From the human T2T-CHM13v2.0 reference genome, Homo sapiens: a stretch of 64,000 nt of DNA. Under the pieces are notes generated by a model. The model made no database searches. It was given only the letters and a program-made list of their open reading frames with translations, and had not been told where the DNA came from. Below are positions 13,925 to 29,630 of the stretch, one piece after another (the stretch's first letter is position 1; each line of letters begins with the position of its first letter). A program made the position numbers and the translations under genes. The stretch lies in NCBI RefSeq assembly GCF_009914755.1, contig NC_060947.1; one strand, 5' to 3'.

Positions 13925-14388
13925 TGGCTTAGCTTGGGGTCTCTGAAAAGCAGACCCCAAAACAAGGATTCCAGTGTACATGGTTTTCGAGGAGGTTCAG
14001 GGAACACATCCAGGGAAGTAGGGAAGTGAGGGAAGAAAAGGCAGCCAATAAGGGGCATGATTATTAAGACTGCTGCCAGAGTGACTGAAGCTTAATCCTC
14101 TGGGAAAACTCTAAGAACTGGTAAAAAATACATGCTTCAGATAACTCCACTCAGGAATAAACAAGGCTTGGGTATTTATACACTGACTTCTGTCAGTCAT
14201 TGATTGAGGGCTACTTTTGAGGTTGAGAATTCCCCAGCACTTATGGCCTGCTGTGGGAAAGTACCGGTGGTCCTCTGGCAAAATCCCTCGGGCATGAAGA
14301 CAAGAATACTGGCAGGTGGAAGTTGTTCAGAGCATATTAATATGTAAGGTCTCAGGAGCATAGACAGTGCACGGATATTATCTGTTGT
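13925..14388 (-). mobile_element. ERVL LTR, LTR33-like
   Basis: GGGGTCTCTGAAAAGCAGACCCC...CAAGGATTC; GGGTATTTATACAC...CAGTCATTGATTGAGGG. Confidence 0.65.
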
Positions 14389-14522
14389 AAAAGTACTTAC
14401 CAAATCTTCATTCCTAGTACAGATTGGTGGCACCGAGCTGGATTTCCTTTTCTGCAGAATCTTAATTGTGCTTTCTGATCAGAGAGACATTCCTGTTTCA
14501 CTACTTAAAAGACAACAGTGAG

Positions 14523-14837
14523 GGCCGGGCGCGGTGGCTCACGCCTGTAATCCCAGCACTTTGGGAGGCCGGAGGCCGAGGCAGGCGGATCACGAGGTCA
14601 GGAGATCGAGACCATCTTGGCTAACACGGTGAAACCCCGTCTCTACTAAACATACAAAAAATTAGCCAGGCGCGGTGGCGGGCGCCTGTAATCCCAACTA
14701 CTCAGGAGGCTGAGGCAGGAGAATGGCGTCAACCCGGGAGGCGGAGCTTGCAGTGAGCCGAGATAGCGCCACTGCAGTCCGGCCTGGGCGAAAGAGCGAG
14801 ACTCCGCCTCAAAAAAAAAAAAAAAAAACAAAAACAA
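14523..14837 (+). mobile_element. AluY, AluYe5-like, full length
   Basis: AluY diagnostics (GAGATCGAGACCATC, GCTAACACGG, GAATGGCGT) plus GATAGCGCCACTGCAGTCCGGCCTGGGCGAAAGAG. Perfect TSD AAAAGACAACAGTGA at 14507-14521 and 14838-14852; TT/AAAA site. Confidence 0.95.
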
Positions 14838-15857
14838 AAAAGACAACAGTGACTAACATTAATTCATTGCACTTGGGTGAAGAAGCTGTCATCATAGACC
14901 CCTTTCCCCTCTGCCCTGCTACCCCAATCTCAGCGCCATGAGCCAGACACAGCTGAACTTCCATCTGAAGACTGACACCTATAACTGCACAGAGCACTAC
15001 AAGGGAGAGTCCTGATAAACGTCATCAACTTGGCCCAGTAGTTTTATTTTCAGTGTTAAGGACTATGAAATCTACCGTGCCTCTCATACTGTCACCTTAG
15101 AACCCAAATGCAAATCTCTCTGGACCCTCTTTCTCATCTGTACTCCTTTACACATACTGTCTTGCACTTCCTCTCCTGCACTAGTTGCAACTCCTCCTTC
15201 CAAACCACTTAGCTGTGCCCTTTGGAGGTGCCCAGTAGCCTCTGAATTGTCACCAGATACTTCCTTTACCTCCTTGCTTTATAAGAAACTTTATTTTCCT
15301 TGCCCTGTAGTTGGGAACATTGCAGAATGCCATTTCTGAATATTTTCATCAGAATCCTCTAAGCCTGAGCTGTGTTATTGAACTTATTATAAAACCATGT
15401 AGATTGGTGCCACTATAAATTCTTGGTCATCAATGTTAAAATATCAAATAGACTCTTGGCTCAGCTCTCCTGGCTTGCTGGATTTTCCTGGTTTGTGGCA
15501 ACTAGTTCCAATATTATCCATTCTCCTCATATTCTTGACCTTCTCCTGGGTCCTTGTTCTCAGCAAATGATTTTATTTCCTTCTTCACAAATAAATTAGA
15601 GGCCATTGGTCAAGACTTCCATACATGTTCTGTCATCAAATCAATCCTCATCCTTTCCTTTTTCCCTAATGTTGTGTGGCAGGAGGCTAATCCCTTTGTG
15701 CTCCTGTTGTCTGGATCCATCCCTTCTTCTCAAGAATCTTAACTTGGCCCTCTTTCTCCAACTTTGAAGCTCCCCATTACCAATTAGCATTTTAGCATGC
15801 CCAAACCCAAGTCAACCAAATAAGACTAAATAAATACAAAAAAAAATCTCAATCCAC

Positions 15858-16010
15858 TGTCCAGTAAAAAAATTGGACTTCTCAAAGAGAGGTCTGGCCT
15901 TCATCCCTGACTCTTGAGAGGTAACCTCTAAACCCTTGGAATTTCTAGAATGATAGGAGTGCCTTTGTTGTTCAAGGCAGGCCCTATGAGCATCTGATAT
16001 TTACTCAAAA
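15858..16010 (+). mobile_element. MER21C-like LTR 5' fragment; probable 3' remnant at 17731-17830
   Basis: CAAAGAGAGGTCTGGCCTT...GAGGTAACCTCTAAACCCTTGGAAT. Confidence 0.65.
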
Positions 16011-17347
16011 TTCTGAACACACTGGGCTGGGGCTGTGTCCCCAGAGCTGGGCATAGCCCATGCTGCAGATCTCATAGGTTGGAGTCAGGTGCCTGAGGTT
16101 CTCCCAGTCTGGTGTTGCACACTGGTGGCTCTATAGTTTGAAGGTCCTTGGGCAGCCCTGCCCCCATGGCTCCACTAAGCATTTCCCTAGTGGAGGCTCT
16201 CTGCAGTGGCCCCAGTTCCACAGTTCTGCTGGTCATTGACCAAGTGGGGGCTTTATTCAACACCTCTACCCCTATGATAGCTCTCAGTCCAGGCCTCTGA
16301 TGGCTCTCTGAGGCATCCTGTGAAATCTTGGTGGAGGAAGCATTGCCTCCACAGCTCATGCACTCTGTGCACCTGAAGAATTAGTACCATGTGGACAATG
16401 CCAAGACTCACTGCTTGCACCCTCTAGAGAGTGCCCCACCTGGGCCCACCTGAGCCCACCTGAGCCACAGCTATGGTGGCCAAGAAGTGCTACACCAGAA
16501 TTCAGGGATCGCAGATTTGAGGTAGCCCTGGGCAGCAAGCCCCAAGGTCCTGCAGGTGCCCTGGGAACCTCTCTCAAAGCCATTCTGCCCTTAAACTCCC
16601 GGAATTCTGGGCCTGTGATTGGCATGATGCCAGCCTTGAAGATCTCTGGAATTCCTCTGGGGTCTCTCCCATTGTCTTAATGAATAGCACCTGGCTTCCT
16701 TCTGGCCCTACTAATCTCCCGATGAGACAGTCTCTTGGCCACATGCTTGATTTTCTCTCCTAAATATCTTTTTTTATTCTTTATATGACCAGGCTGAGAA
16801 TTTCCCAAATATTTATGTTCTGCTTCCCTTTTGATTATAAATTTCATCTTTAAATTGTCTCTCTCATCTTAAATTTTACTATAAGCAGTAAAGAGAAGTC
16901 ATGCAGTACCCTGAGTACTTGGTTGCCTAGAGATTTCTTCCACCAAATACCCTAGTTGATTGCTCTTAAGTTCTGCCTTCCACAAAGTTATAGTACATGG
17001 ACACAGCTCAGTCAAGTTCTTTGTCACTTTATAACAAGGATGAACCTTCCTCCAGTTTCCAAACCTTGTTTCTCATTTCTGTCTGAGACCTCATCACTGT
17101 CCATATTTCTACCAACATTCTGTTCATGGACACTAAAGTAATCTCTAAAAATACTGAGGCTTTTTCTAGTGCTCTCCTCTTCTTAGTCTCACCAGAATCA
17201 CCCTTAATCATCCGCTCACAGCTATACGAACTTTTTCCAACATTCACTTCAAAACTGTTCCATCCTCTACCCATTACTCAGTTCCAAAGATTCTTCTGCA
17301 TTTTTAGGTATTTTTTATAGCAACACCCCACTCATCTGGTACCAATT
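16011..17347 (-). mobile_element. MST-int (MaLR internal), partial
   Basis: Homologous to the THE1 internal at 52400-53495; ends CTGGTACCAATT next to the LTR. Confidence 0.8.
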
Positions 17348-17730
17348 TGTCTTAGTCCATTTGTGATACTATAATTCTGTGTTACAGAATACCATAAACT
17401 GGGTAATTTATAAAGAACATGAATTTATTTCTCACAGTTCTGGAGGCTGGGAAGTCTAAAATCAAGGTACTGGCAGGTTCAGTTATGTGGTGAGGGCTAC
17501 TCTCTGCTTCCAATAATGTGTCTTGTTGCTGCATCCTCTGGAGGGTAGGGATGCTGTGTCCTCACATGGCAGAAGATGGAAGCACATGCAAACCAAATGC
17601 TGTGTGGAACTTCTTTTATAAGGGTCTTAATCGTATTCATGAGGGAGGAGCCCTTATGGCCTAATCACCTCTTAATACTATCACATTGACAAAACCTGAA
17701 TTTTGGAGGAAACACATTTAAATCATAGCA
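17348..17730 (-). mobile_element. MSTC/MSTD-like MaLR 5' LTR
   Basis: TGTCTTAGTCCATTT...CTCACAGTTCTGGAGGCTGGGAAGTC...AAATCATAGCA. Confidence 0.85.
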
Positions 17731-18224
17731 GACCCTAACTCCTTGCAGTTGGGTCAGAAATCTTGGGCAGACTTGGAAGTCTGAAGGAGTGTATCTTCAG
17801 TGTCACAGTCTGAACTCAGGGTACCCACATTTCTTTCCCAGCTACTACTGATATGTCTTTCCCTCTTCTTGGCTAAAATTTTTGAGAGACATCTACAAAA
17901 CCCTTCTTTATTTCCTTTCCTATTCATTCCTAAACCCACTGAAATTGAGTATCTGCCCATACTACTCCAGTGATATTCCCCATAGCTAACCAATGCTCAC
18001 CTTGTCACTAAATCCAATGAACAGTGACATTCTCAGCTAATTCGTCAGAAATATTCACCACTCTATCCTTGAACCACTCTTATCTTTTGGTTTCTGTAAT
18101 ACCACATCTCCTGTTGCCTTCCTACCTCTGGTCACTACTTCTCAGCTTTCTTTATAAGTACCTCTTCCTTAATCTGCCCCATATATTTTTACCTTTCCCA
18201 GTGACTCTGGGTGATTTCATGCAT

Positions 18225-18326
18225 ATTCCCAGTTCTATAGCTTAGCCTTACATTTTCTCCTTAGCTTCACTCAAATTCCCAATTCTGTACCTTAGCCTTA
18301 CACTTTCTCCTTAGCTTCACTCAAAT
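18225..18326. repeat. 50-bp tandem duplication, 2 copies
   Basis: ATTCCCARTTCTRTASCTTAGCCTTACAYTTTCTCCTTAGCTTCACTCAA twice, 4 mismatches. Confidence 0.9.
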
Positions 18327-19179
18327 ATCAACATGACTACTTGAATTTAAGTTAGACTACAAGCTCCATGAGTCTTGGAATTTGTTCACTGCTATATTCC
18401 CAGGACATAGCCCAGTGCCTGGCATAGTAGGTGCTCTGTAAATATTTATTGAGTGGGTGAATAAATGAATTAGCATATTATGTTTCATAGGCATCTCAAG
18501 CTCAATGTGTCCATAAATGAACTTGTTAATATACCTCTTAATATTAACTTGTTAATATACTTCCCCTGCAGTTCCTTGTCTCAATAAATGGTGCCACCAT
18601 CCTCTCAGTTGCCCAAGCTAGAATACTTGAGAGTTATTCTTGACTTCTTTCTCTCCCTCTCCTCTATATCCAATCCATCATCAAGACTTGTCAATTCTTA
18701 CTTCCTAAAAAAATCTCTCAATTTCATCTGTTTCTTTCCATTGCATAGGCAATGCATTAGTCCAGTCACTATTATCCATTACTAGGACTACTCTATTAGC
18801 TTCCACATTGTTCTCCCTGCCTTATCCCTTGCCTCCCTATCCATTATTCACAGTACAGCCAAAGTGATGCTTCCAAATACAAAGCTTATCATGTCACACA
18901 CGAACCTTTACAAACTTTCTTCTACACTTGAAATGACGCTCAAACTCATAATGTGGCTTACAAGACCCACCCTGATCTGGTCTCAGCTACCACTTTGTCC
19001 TCATTTTTAATCTTTTCTCTTACCTGCCTCTCTCAATTTATGTCCTAGTCCTACTGAATTTTCATTTCAGTTACTCAAACCCATCATACTCTCTCCACCT
19101 CTCACTCCAGGTCTTTGCATATATTATTTTCTCTTTCTCTCTGCAACACTCTGCACTGTTTAGTAATGAACAACTTTAT

Positions 19180-20745
<1,566 letters not shown>

Positions 20746-21261
20746 AGAGGGAACTGAGGCTCCAACTTCATAAGGAGGTCATTATTGAATAGCCAGTTCT
20801 CTGATAGCTGTTTAGTTATTTCTAATCAGTGACTATTGTAGTTGGGAGGAACCTTCTGGGTCATTCAGCCTTCCCTCACAGCCAAGATAACACACAATTA
20901 AATATGGTAGACCATTCCAACCAACAGTTCTTATTTCAGTACATATGGTGCCTTCCAATGACAGTAGAAATTAATATCATTAGTTTCTTAGAAAGCAATT
21001 TAGTGACATGTATGAATATTTACATGTGTTTATATTTCTATTGTATTTTTTACATTTTTATTCCTTAAATGTTTATGTTTTTATTCTTAGCAATGTCTGT
21101 CTCAGAAATCTCTTGTCAGAAAACTATCCAAAAATATGGGGAAAAATTATTACATAGTAATTGTCATTAGAAAAATACTCATATAATAAGGAACATTAGA
21201 AATAGACAACAGCAGGGGAGTTATTAAGTAAATTATGATGCATTCATAAAATAGAAATCGA

Positions 21262-24200
21262 AGAGTGGAGCAAGATGGCCAAATAGAAGGCTCTACCAAG
21301 TGTCGCCCATGCAAGAACACCAAATTTAACAACTATCTACATGAAAAAGTACCTTCATAAGAACCAAAAATCAGGTGAGCACTCATAGTGCCTAGATTTA
21401 ACTTTATATCACTGAAAGAGGCACTGAAGAGGATAGGAAAGACAGTCTTGAATCACTGATTTCACCTGTCCCCCATCCCCTGGCAGTAGCTGTGTGGCAT
21501 GGAGAAAGAATATTTGTGTTTGGGAGAGGCAGAGAGCAGTAATTGTAAGACTTTGCATTGAACTCAGTGTTACCCTGTCACAACTAAAAGTAAAACCATG
21601 CTAAACTCAGATGATGCCTGCCCATGGAGGGAGCGTATAGACTAGCCCAAACTAGAGTGGAATCACACATCCCAGCAGTCAGAACTTGAGTTCCAGCAAG
21701 ACTTCCCACCATGGGACAAAGTGTTCTTAAATGTGAAAGGCAGTCTAGGCCACAAGGAGTGCAACTCCTAGGTGAGTCTTAGCGCTGAGCTGAGCTTGGA
21801 ACCACTGGAATTGAGGGGCATATAACCTACTGAGACACCAGCTGGGGAGGATAAGGGAGTGCATGTACCACCCCTCCCCAACCCCAGGCTGCATAGCTTG
21901 TGACTCAAAAAGAAACCCCTTCCTTCCACTTGATGAGAGGAGAGAGAAGAGAGGATTTTGTCTTGTATCTTGAAAGCCAGCTCAGCCATAGTAGGATAGA
22001 GCATTAGTAAAAGTCATGAGGCCCCCATTCCAGGTCCCAGCTCCTGGACAACATTCCCAGACACATCCTGGGCCAGAAGGGAACCCACTATCTTGAAAGG
22101 AAGGACCCAGTTGTGGCAGGACCAATCATCTGCTGACTAAAGAGATGTTTGGCCTTGAATAACCACCAGCAATACCCAGGTAGTAAGCCATGAGCCTTGG
22201 GTGAGACTCTGAGACGTGCTGAGTTCAGGTGAGACTCAGCACATTCCCAGATATGGTGGCTATGGTGAGATACTCCCTCTGCATGAGAAAAGCAGAGGGA
22301 AAAGTAAAGGAAACTTTTCTTGCACCTTAGGTAACAATTTGACTTACAGTGAGGTAGAGTACTGAGCAAGATCTGGGGGTTCCCAATTCTAGGCCTTGGC
22401 ACCTGAACAGAATTTCTGGACCTGCCCTGGGCCAGAGGGTAGCCCACTGCCCTGAAGGGTGAGGCCCGGGCCTGGCAGCATTCACCACAAACTGATTGAA
22501 GAGCCCTTGGGCCTCAAGTTAACATCAGCAGTAGCCTGGCAGTACTTCCTGTGGGCCTGTGGTGGTGGTGGTGGTGGTGGCCATGGGTTGAGGTTCCTCT
22601 GTTTATAAAAAGGGGAGAGAATAGTTGGAAGGACTGTGTCTCATGGTTTGAGTGCCCTGTCAGCCACAGTAGAATAGAACACCAGGTAGATTTCTAAGGT
22701 TTTTTATTCCAGCTCCACCCAGGGCCTGAGGGAACTTGCTTCCTGGAAAGGAAGGACACAATTATGGCTGGCTTCACAATCTGCTAATTGTAGACTCTTA
22801 AGGGCCTTGAGTGAACATAGGTGATAGGCAGGTAGTGGTTGAAGCAGGCCTTGGGTGGGGCCTAATGCTGTGGTGCCTTCAGGTCTAACCCAGTGCAGTC
22901 CCAGTCTTGGTGTTCTCTCCCCCTCCTTCCAGCTCCAGGCAGCTTAGCACAAAGAGAGAGAGAATCTGTATGTCTGGAAGAAAGTAAGGAAAGGGAACAA
23001 AAGTCTCTCCCTGGTAATCCAGGTAAATCTTCTGGATCTTATCCAAGACCATCAAGGTGGTCCCTATATGAGTCTGCAAGAAGCACAGTATTACTGGACT
23101 AGTAGTGCTCCCTAATGCAGATACAGCTTAGATCACAATACCAAAGTCCTTTTGAATATCTGGAAAGCCTTCCCAAGAAGAATGGGTACAAATAAGCCCA
23201 GACTGCAAAGAATAAAATAAATACCTAACTCTTCAATTCACAGACATCGAAGAACATCCACACCCATCAAGATCATTCAGGAAAACATGACATCACTAAA
23301 TGAACTAAATAGAGCACCAGGGACCAATCCTGGAGAAACAGAGATATATGACCTTTCAGACAAAGAATTCAAAATACCTGTTTTGATGAAACTCAAAGAA
23401 ATTCAAGATAATGCAAAGAAGGAATTCAGAATTCTATCAGATAAATTTAACAAAGAGTTTGAAATAATTAAAAAGAATCAAACAGAAATTTCAGAGTGGA
23501 AAAATGCAATGATGAAGAATGCATCAGAGTCTTCTAATAGCAGAATTCATCAAGCAGAAGAAAGAAATAGCATGAAGACAGGCTATTTGAAAATATACAG
23601 TCAGAGGAGGCAAAAGTAAAAAGAATTTTAAAAAAAGGCTTGCCAGCAAAGTCTAGCAAATAGTCTCAAAAGGGCAAATCTAAGAGTTATTGGCCTTAAA
23701 GAGGAGGTAGAGAAAGATATAGGAGTAGAAAGTTTATTCAAAGGGATAATAATGAGAACTTTCCAAACCTAGGAAACATATTGATATCCAAGTACAAGAA
23801 GGTTATAGAACAGCAAGCAGATTTAATCCAAAGAAGACTACCTCAAGGCATTTAATAATCAAACTTTCAAAGGTCAAGGATAAAGAAAGGATCCTAAAAG
23901 CAGTAAGAGGAAAGAAACAAATTACACACAAAGAGTTCCACTACCTCTGGCAGCAGACTCTTCAGCAGAATCCTTACCAACCAGGGGAGAGTGGTATGGA
24001 ATATTTAAAGTGCTGAAGGGAAAAAAAGCCTATTACCCTACAGTAGTATATCCAGTGAACATATCCTTCAAACATAAAGGAGAAATAGAGACTTTCCCAG
24101 ACAAGTTAAAGCAAAAGGGAGTACTTCAATCAGAAAGAAAAGTATGTTAATGAGCAATAAGAATTCATCTAAAGGTATACAACCCACTGGTAATAGTAAG

Positions 24201-25590
24201 TACACAGAAAAACACAGAATATTATGGCATCGTAACTGTGGTGTGTAAACTACTCTTATCTTAAGTAGAAACACTGAAAGATGAACCAATCAAAAATAAC
24301 TACAAGAAATATTTAAGGCATAGACAGTACAATAAGATATAAAGAGAAACAACAAAATACTAAAAAGCAGAGGGAGAAAGTTAGAGTGTAGAGTTTTTAT
24401 TGGTTTTCTTTTTGCTTATTTGTTTATGCAGTGTTATTATTAGCTTAAAATAATGGGTGATAAGATAGTATTTGCAAGCTTCATGGTAAGCACAAATCAA
24501 AAAACACAGAACAGATACACAGAAAACAAAAAGGAAGTAATTAAATCATACCACCAGAGAAAGTTTCCTTCAATAAAATGAAGACAGAAAGGAAGGAAAG
24601 AAGGAAGAGAAGAGCACAAAACAACCAGAACACAAATAACAAAATGGCAGGAGTAAGTCCTTACTTATCAGCAATAACATTGAACATAAATAGACAAAAC
24701 TCTCCAATTAAAAGACAGAGTGGCTAACCCAATGATCTGTTGCCTACAAGAAAACCACTTCACCTAGAAAGACACAGACTGAAAACAAAGACATAGAAAA
24801 AGATATTCCATGCCAATGGAAATTAAATAAAAGCAAAGAAGAGTTTGGAAGTTCCTTAAAAAACTAAAAATAGAGCTACCATATTATCCATCAATCTCAC
24901 TGCTGGATATATACCCAAAAGAAAGGAAATCGGTATATCAAAGAGATACCTGCACTCCCATGTTTATTGTGGCACTATTCACAATAGCCAAGATTTGGAA
25001 GCAATCTAAGTGTGCATCAACAGATGAATGGATAAATAAAATGTACGTATATACAATGGGTACTATTCAGCCATAAAATAGAATGACATCCTGTCATCTG
25101 CAAAAACTTGGATGGAACTGGAGGTCATAATGTTAAGTGAAATAAGCCAAGCACAGAAAGACAAATTTCACATGTTCTCTCTTATATGTGGGAGCTAAAA
25201 ATTAAAGTGACCTCATGGAGATAGAGAGTAGAATGATGGTTCCCAAAGGTTGGGAAGGGTAGTGGAAGGGGAGTGTGGATAGTTAATGTGTACAAAAAAG
25301 TAGATAGAATGAATAAGACCTACTATTTACAACCACAAGAGGGTAACTATAATCAATAATAATTTAGTTGTACATTTAAAAATAACCAAAAGAGTATATA
25401 ATTTAATTGAGGTGATGGATACCCATTTACCCTGATGTGATTATTATGCATTGCATGCCTGTGTCAAAATATCTCATGCTCATGTAACCCAGAAATATAT
25501 ATGTATATATATACATATATAAAACACATATATACACACACACACATCTACTATGTACTCACAAAAATTTTTTTAAAAAAGTTTAAAAAG
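21262..25590 (+). mobile_element. L1MA (L1MA2/3-like): 5' UTR, ORF1 relic, ORF2 start, internal deletion, 3' end; inserted in an older L1ME 3' fragment
   Basis: CAAGATGGCC start; ORF1 relic 23287-23619 (DLSDKEFKI); ORF2 start ATGGCAGGAGTAAGTCC ~24644; 3' UTR GAGGTGATGGATACCCATTTACCCTGATGTG. Confidence 0.9.
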
Positions 25591-26261
25591 TATAATAGAA
25601 GTTAAATTTTGTCACTTTAAATGAAAAGTCACAATATAAAATCATCTATTCTATATAATGTTAATTATACAAAAAATGTTTAGGAAAAAAAAATCACTGA
25701 GAAGAAATGGTTGTTGATTGTGGATGCTATATATTCTCATTTTACTTTCTAAATTTTTCTAGTAAGCATGGATGATTCTTATAATAAGAAAAATTATGGG
25801 TTTTATTTTTCTTTGTTATTTGTTTTAAGTTCTGTTATTATTGTTGTTTTAAGGAACTATTACCGTTGTCTTAAGGAGTAAGAAAAAAGATAAACTCAGT
25901 TAACTTCAGGCAGAGTAGATCAGATTCAACAAACATGAACAGAGTTTTTACTAAAAGTTGAGACTAGGCTACAAATATAGATGAAACTAGTGAGGCCTCT
26001 ACCAGGACACGTAGATGTAGAAAATACTCAGAAGAGCAGGAACTGGTTTATTTAATAACCTCATTCTCCTCACGTGCTTCCAGCACCTCACCTGTGTTTC
26101 CATGATTTCTCTCTTAAGCATAGCCCAGCACACCCAATATAGTCCATCGCTTAAGCCCAGTGCAGTTTGTGTGTTCCATTCCTTATTCCCTTTTTGCCCA
26201 CGCCTTTGTCAATCTTGTCTCACAGCAATTCAGAGTACACCAGCTCTATGCCTTCTGCCTC

Positions 26262-26400
26262 AAACTTTATTTTACAAATGGGAACACTGAGGTACTTGGA
26301 ATTCAAGTGACACTGTCAAGGTTTCACAATGAATTAGTAACACACCTAGGAATAGAACTCAGGCCTTATGGCTCCCGTGACCACACATTCTAGTGTTCTC
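26262..26400 (-). mobile_element. MIR
   Basis: ATTTTACAAATGGGAACACTGAGG...AGGAATAGAACTCAGG. Confidence 0.7.
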
Positions 26401-27377
26401 CAACTCAGTTTGCTAAAGGGACAGCTTCTTTCTTAAGCTTTTCAGAATAAGAGCCCTTAATTCAAAGCAAGTTTTTTTAAAAAAAGAAGAAGAAAGGTAG
26501 AATCTCCAGGAACTAATGAAAACAGAAACTTGTTTAGGGACTTTGAGAACTACTTGCACCCTGAAGTTATTCCCAGAGGACAGGTTGGAGAAACAAACAA
26601 GAGTCAATTACTATTTTGACTCCAATTATGTGGTTAAAAAAATAATAATAGAAACCATTCCCGCCTTTCATCCCTTGAATACTGTTGACTAAAGGAGGAG
26701 CTGATTAGAGCTGTTAGTCTGGAATGCTGAGCAGCTCTGGGCAAGAACCGTGCGTTCCAAGCTGACCCTGTCCCACCAGGAAAAACAGGGTGAAAACAGT
26801 CATTGATCACACATTCCCAACTCTTTGCTTCACCCTGACAAACAGAGTATGTTTACTAAGATTGCTATAAAAGGTATTTATCTAATTAGAGACTGTTTCC
26901 CCCTTTTATTAGTAAGCAATTAGACCACACTTTAGTACATTAAGGAGGTTTTGTGAATCCAACTGCAAGCATATAAATTCTGTTATTGTGTAATTGTATA
27001 TTGGGCATAAAACCACAGATTTTCTTCTACTTTGGCTTGACCATTTTTTAAAAGCAATTTAGGGTTTTCAAAGCTAATGCTTATGTGGTGAGTGTTTTTT
27101 AAAAGCCTAGGGTAATACATATAATTTAGCCATTCTTTGGTTTTAAATCCAAACCAGAAAATGACACAAATTCCATACAAACATGTATCAACTATTTATT
27201 CTGTCCTTCTTCATCTCAAAGCCTGGGGATAATTCTTTTGTTAAGTACAATGGTAGCATAGTATCACTCTTTAGCATAGAAACCATAAACTTTATCTAGC
27301 CAAATAATTCCACAAACCCCTGAATTAAACCTCTGTAGCTCATGTGCATATGACTGGATTCATCTTAATTACATTAT

Positions 27378-27686
<309 letters not shown>

Positions 27687-27771
27687 CATCATGTTTGCAA
27701 GACAGGAGTGGGGAAGAAATGGAAAGATCATATCACTTTGACTATCAGCTTATTAGGTTAAATATATCAGG

Positions 27772-27852
27772 TTAGATAGAGCCATATGACATTACCAATA
27801 TTTGACTATTTCTTACTTACAAATATGGTAATTTCCTATGGTTCAATTGCTA
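27772..27852. mobile_element. MADE2 Mariner MITE
   Basis: ~80-bp palindrome CCATATGACATTACCA...TGGTAATTTCCTATGGTTCAA. Confidence 0.75.
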
Positions 27853-28352
27853 TATATGTTGCACCAAGTTTTCACAAGGACACCATAAATGCCAAAATAA
27901 AAACCATTGACTCACACTCTTAATAAACAACTTTTTCATTTATAAAAGTATCCAAAGACTTTGTAAATTACATTGGTAACATATTTTACTACTAGATGCC
28001 CTTGAGACCTTAGGCAAAACACTAGGCTTTTGGGACCTTGTTTCCTTCTCTGACAGAGGAGAGGGTTGAACTAGAACTAAAAAAAAAAAAAAATTAAATT
28101 TCCATAAAAGGCATCACTAATCAAAATTAGGACACAGTGTAGATAACAATGCCATTATGTTAAGGAAGCTGAGATCTATGTCATTATGGAAATATTTCAT
28201 AGTATTGCATTTTTATATGCTCTAAGAAACCTTTAAAGGCACTGAATTAGACAATGAAGAACTGATTTACTAATTGACTGTATGATAATAAAAATTAATA
28301 ATACTAATGAGAACAACTAACATTTATTGACTACAAAATATGAGTTACACAC

Positions 28353-28714
28353 AAATATGATTTGGCTCTGTGTCCCCACCCAAATCTCATCTCGAATTGT
28401 AATCCCCCATAACAGGGGAGGGACCAAGTGAAAGGTGATTGGATCATGGGTCCTTATTCCCCATGCTGTTCCTGTGATAGTGAACTCTCACAAGATCTGG
28501 TTGTTTGATGAGTGTGGGACTCTTCAGCCTTTGAGCACTCTTCTCTCTCCTGCCACCTTGTGAAGAAGGTGCCTGCTTCCCCTTTTGCCATGATTGTAAG
28601 TTTCCTGAGACCTATTCATCCATGCAGAACTGTGAGTCAATTAAACCTCTTTCCTTTATGAATTACCCAGTCTTGGGTAGTATGTTTATAGCAGTGTGAG
28701 AATGGACTAATACA
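28353..28714 (+). mobile_element. THE1D-like solo LTR inserted in a MIR
   Basis: ATATGATTTGGCTCTGTGTCCCCACCCAAATCTCATCTCGAATTGTAATCCC...GGACTAATACA. Confidence 0.9.
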
Positions 28715-28770
28715 ACACTTAAGCACCTATTACACATTATCTCATTTGATTCTTATACCATACACACAAG

Positions 28771-29173
28771 CAGCAATGTGCTGGTAAATGCTTGATAAAC
28801 AACTATCTCAGAGGACAAACAGCCCAGATTTGTAGTGTTTGCTGATTTCTACAGTGTAAATATTTTCACCTTGGCTGAATTCCAGCTACCAACCTGACTT
28901 CACAGACACAGCAGGACTAGGAAGAGACACCCAGTAGCATACTATTATATAGTATTTCCACCATACAAGTACAGTAGACATAAGTAACTTCAAGAACACA
29001 GATAATAATAAAATTTAGTAAAATAATTAGAAAGTGATGGGTTCTGGGTATTATTTTTGTTTTAACATAAAAGCATAATTTATATAATTTAATTTATAAT
29101 AAAGGCTGTGTATAAAAACTAGTTCACAAAATTTTTGAACATTTAAGAGTTCTTATGAATCGAGGGCACCACT
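28771..29173. mobile_element. MER63B-like hAT-Blackjack DNA transposon
   Basis: GTGCTGGTAAATG...GATTTGTAGTGTTTGCTGATTTC...CAGCTACCAAC; ends GCACCACT. Confidence 0.75.
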
Positions 29174-29195
29174 ATATGTGAGGTTGACTTTACTA

Positions 29196-29630
<435 letters not shown>

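Larger units (their letters stand above)
15380..19145 (+). mobile_element. Long degenerate L2, interrupted by LTR elements (15858-17830) and a nested L2 tail (~18350-18470)
   Basis: Pyrimidine-rich L2 ORF2/3' motifs: CTAAATCCAATG, GGCATCTCAAGCTCAATGTGTCC, CACCATCCTCTCAGTTGCCCAAGC, CACAGTACAGCCAAAGTGAT. Confidence 0.65.
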
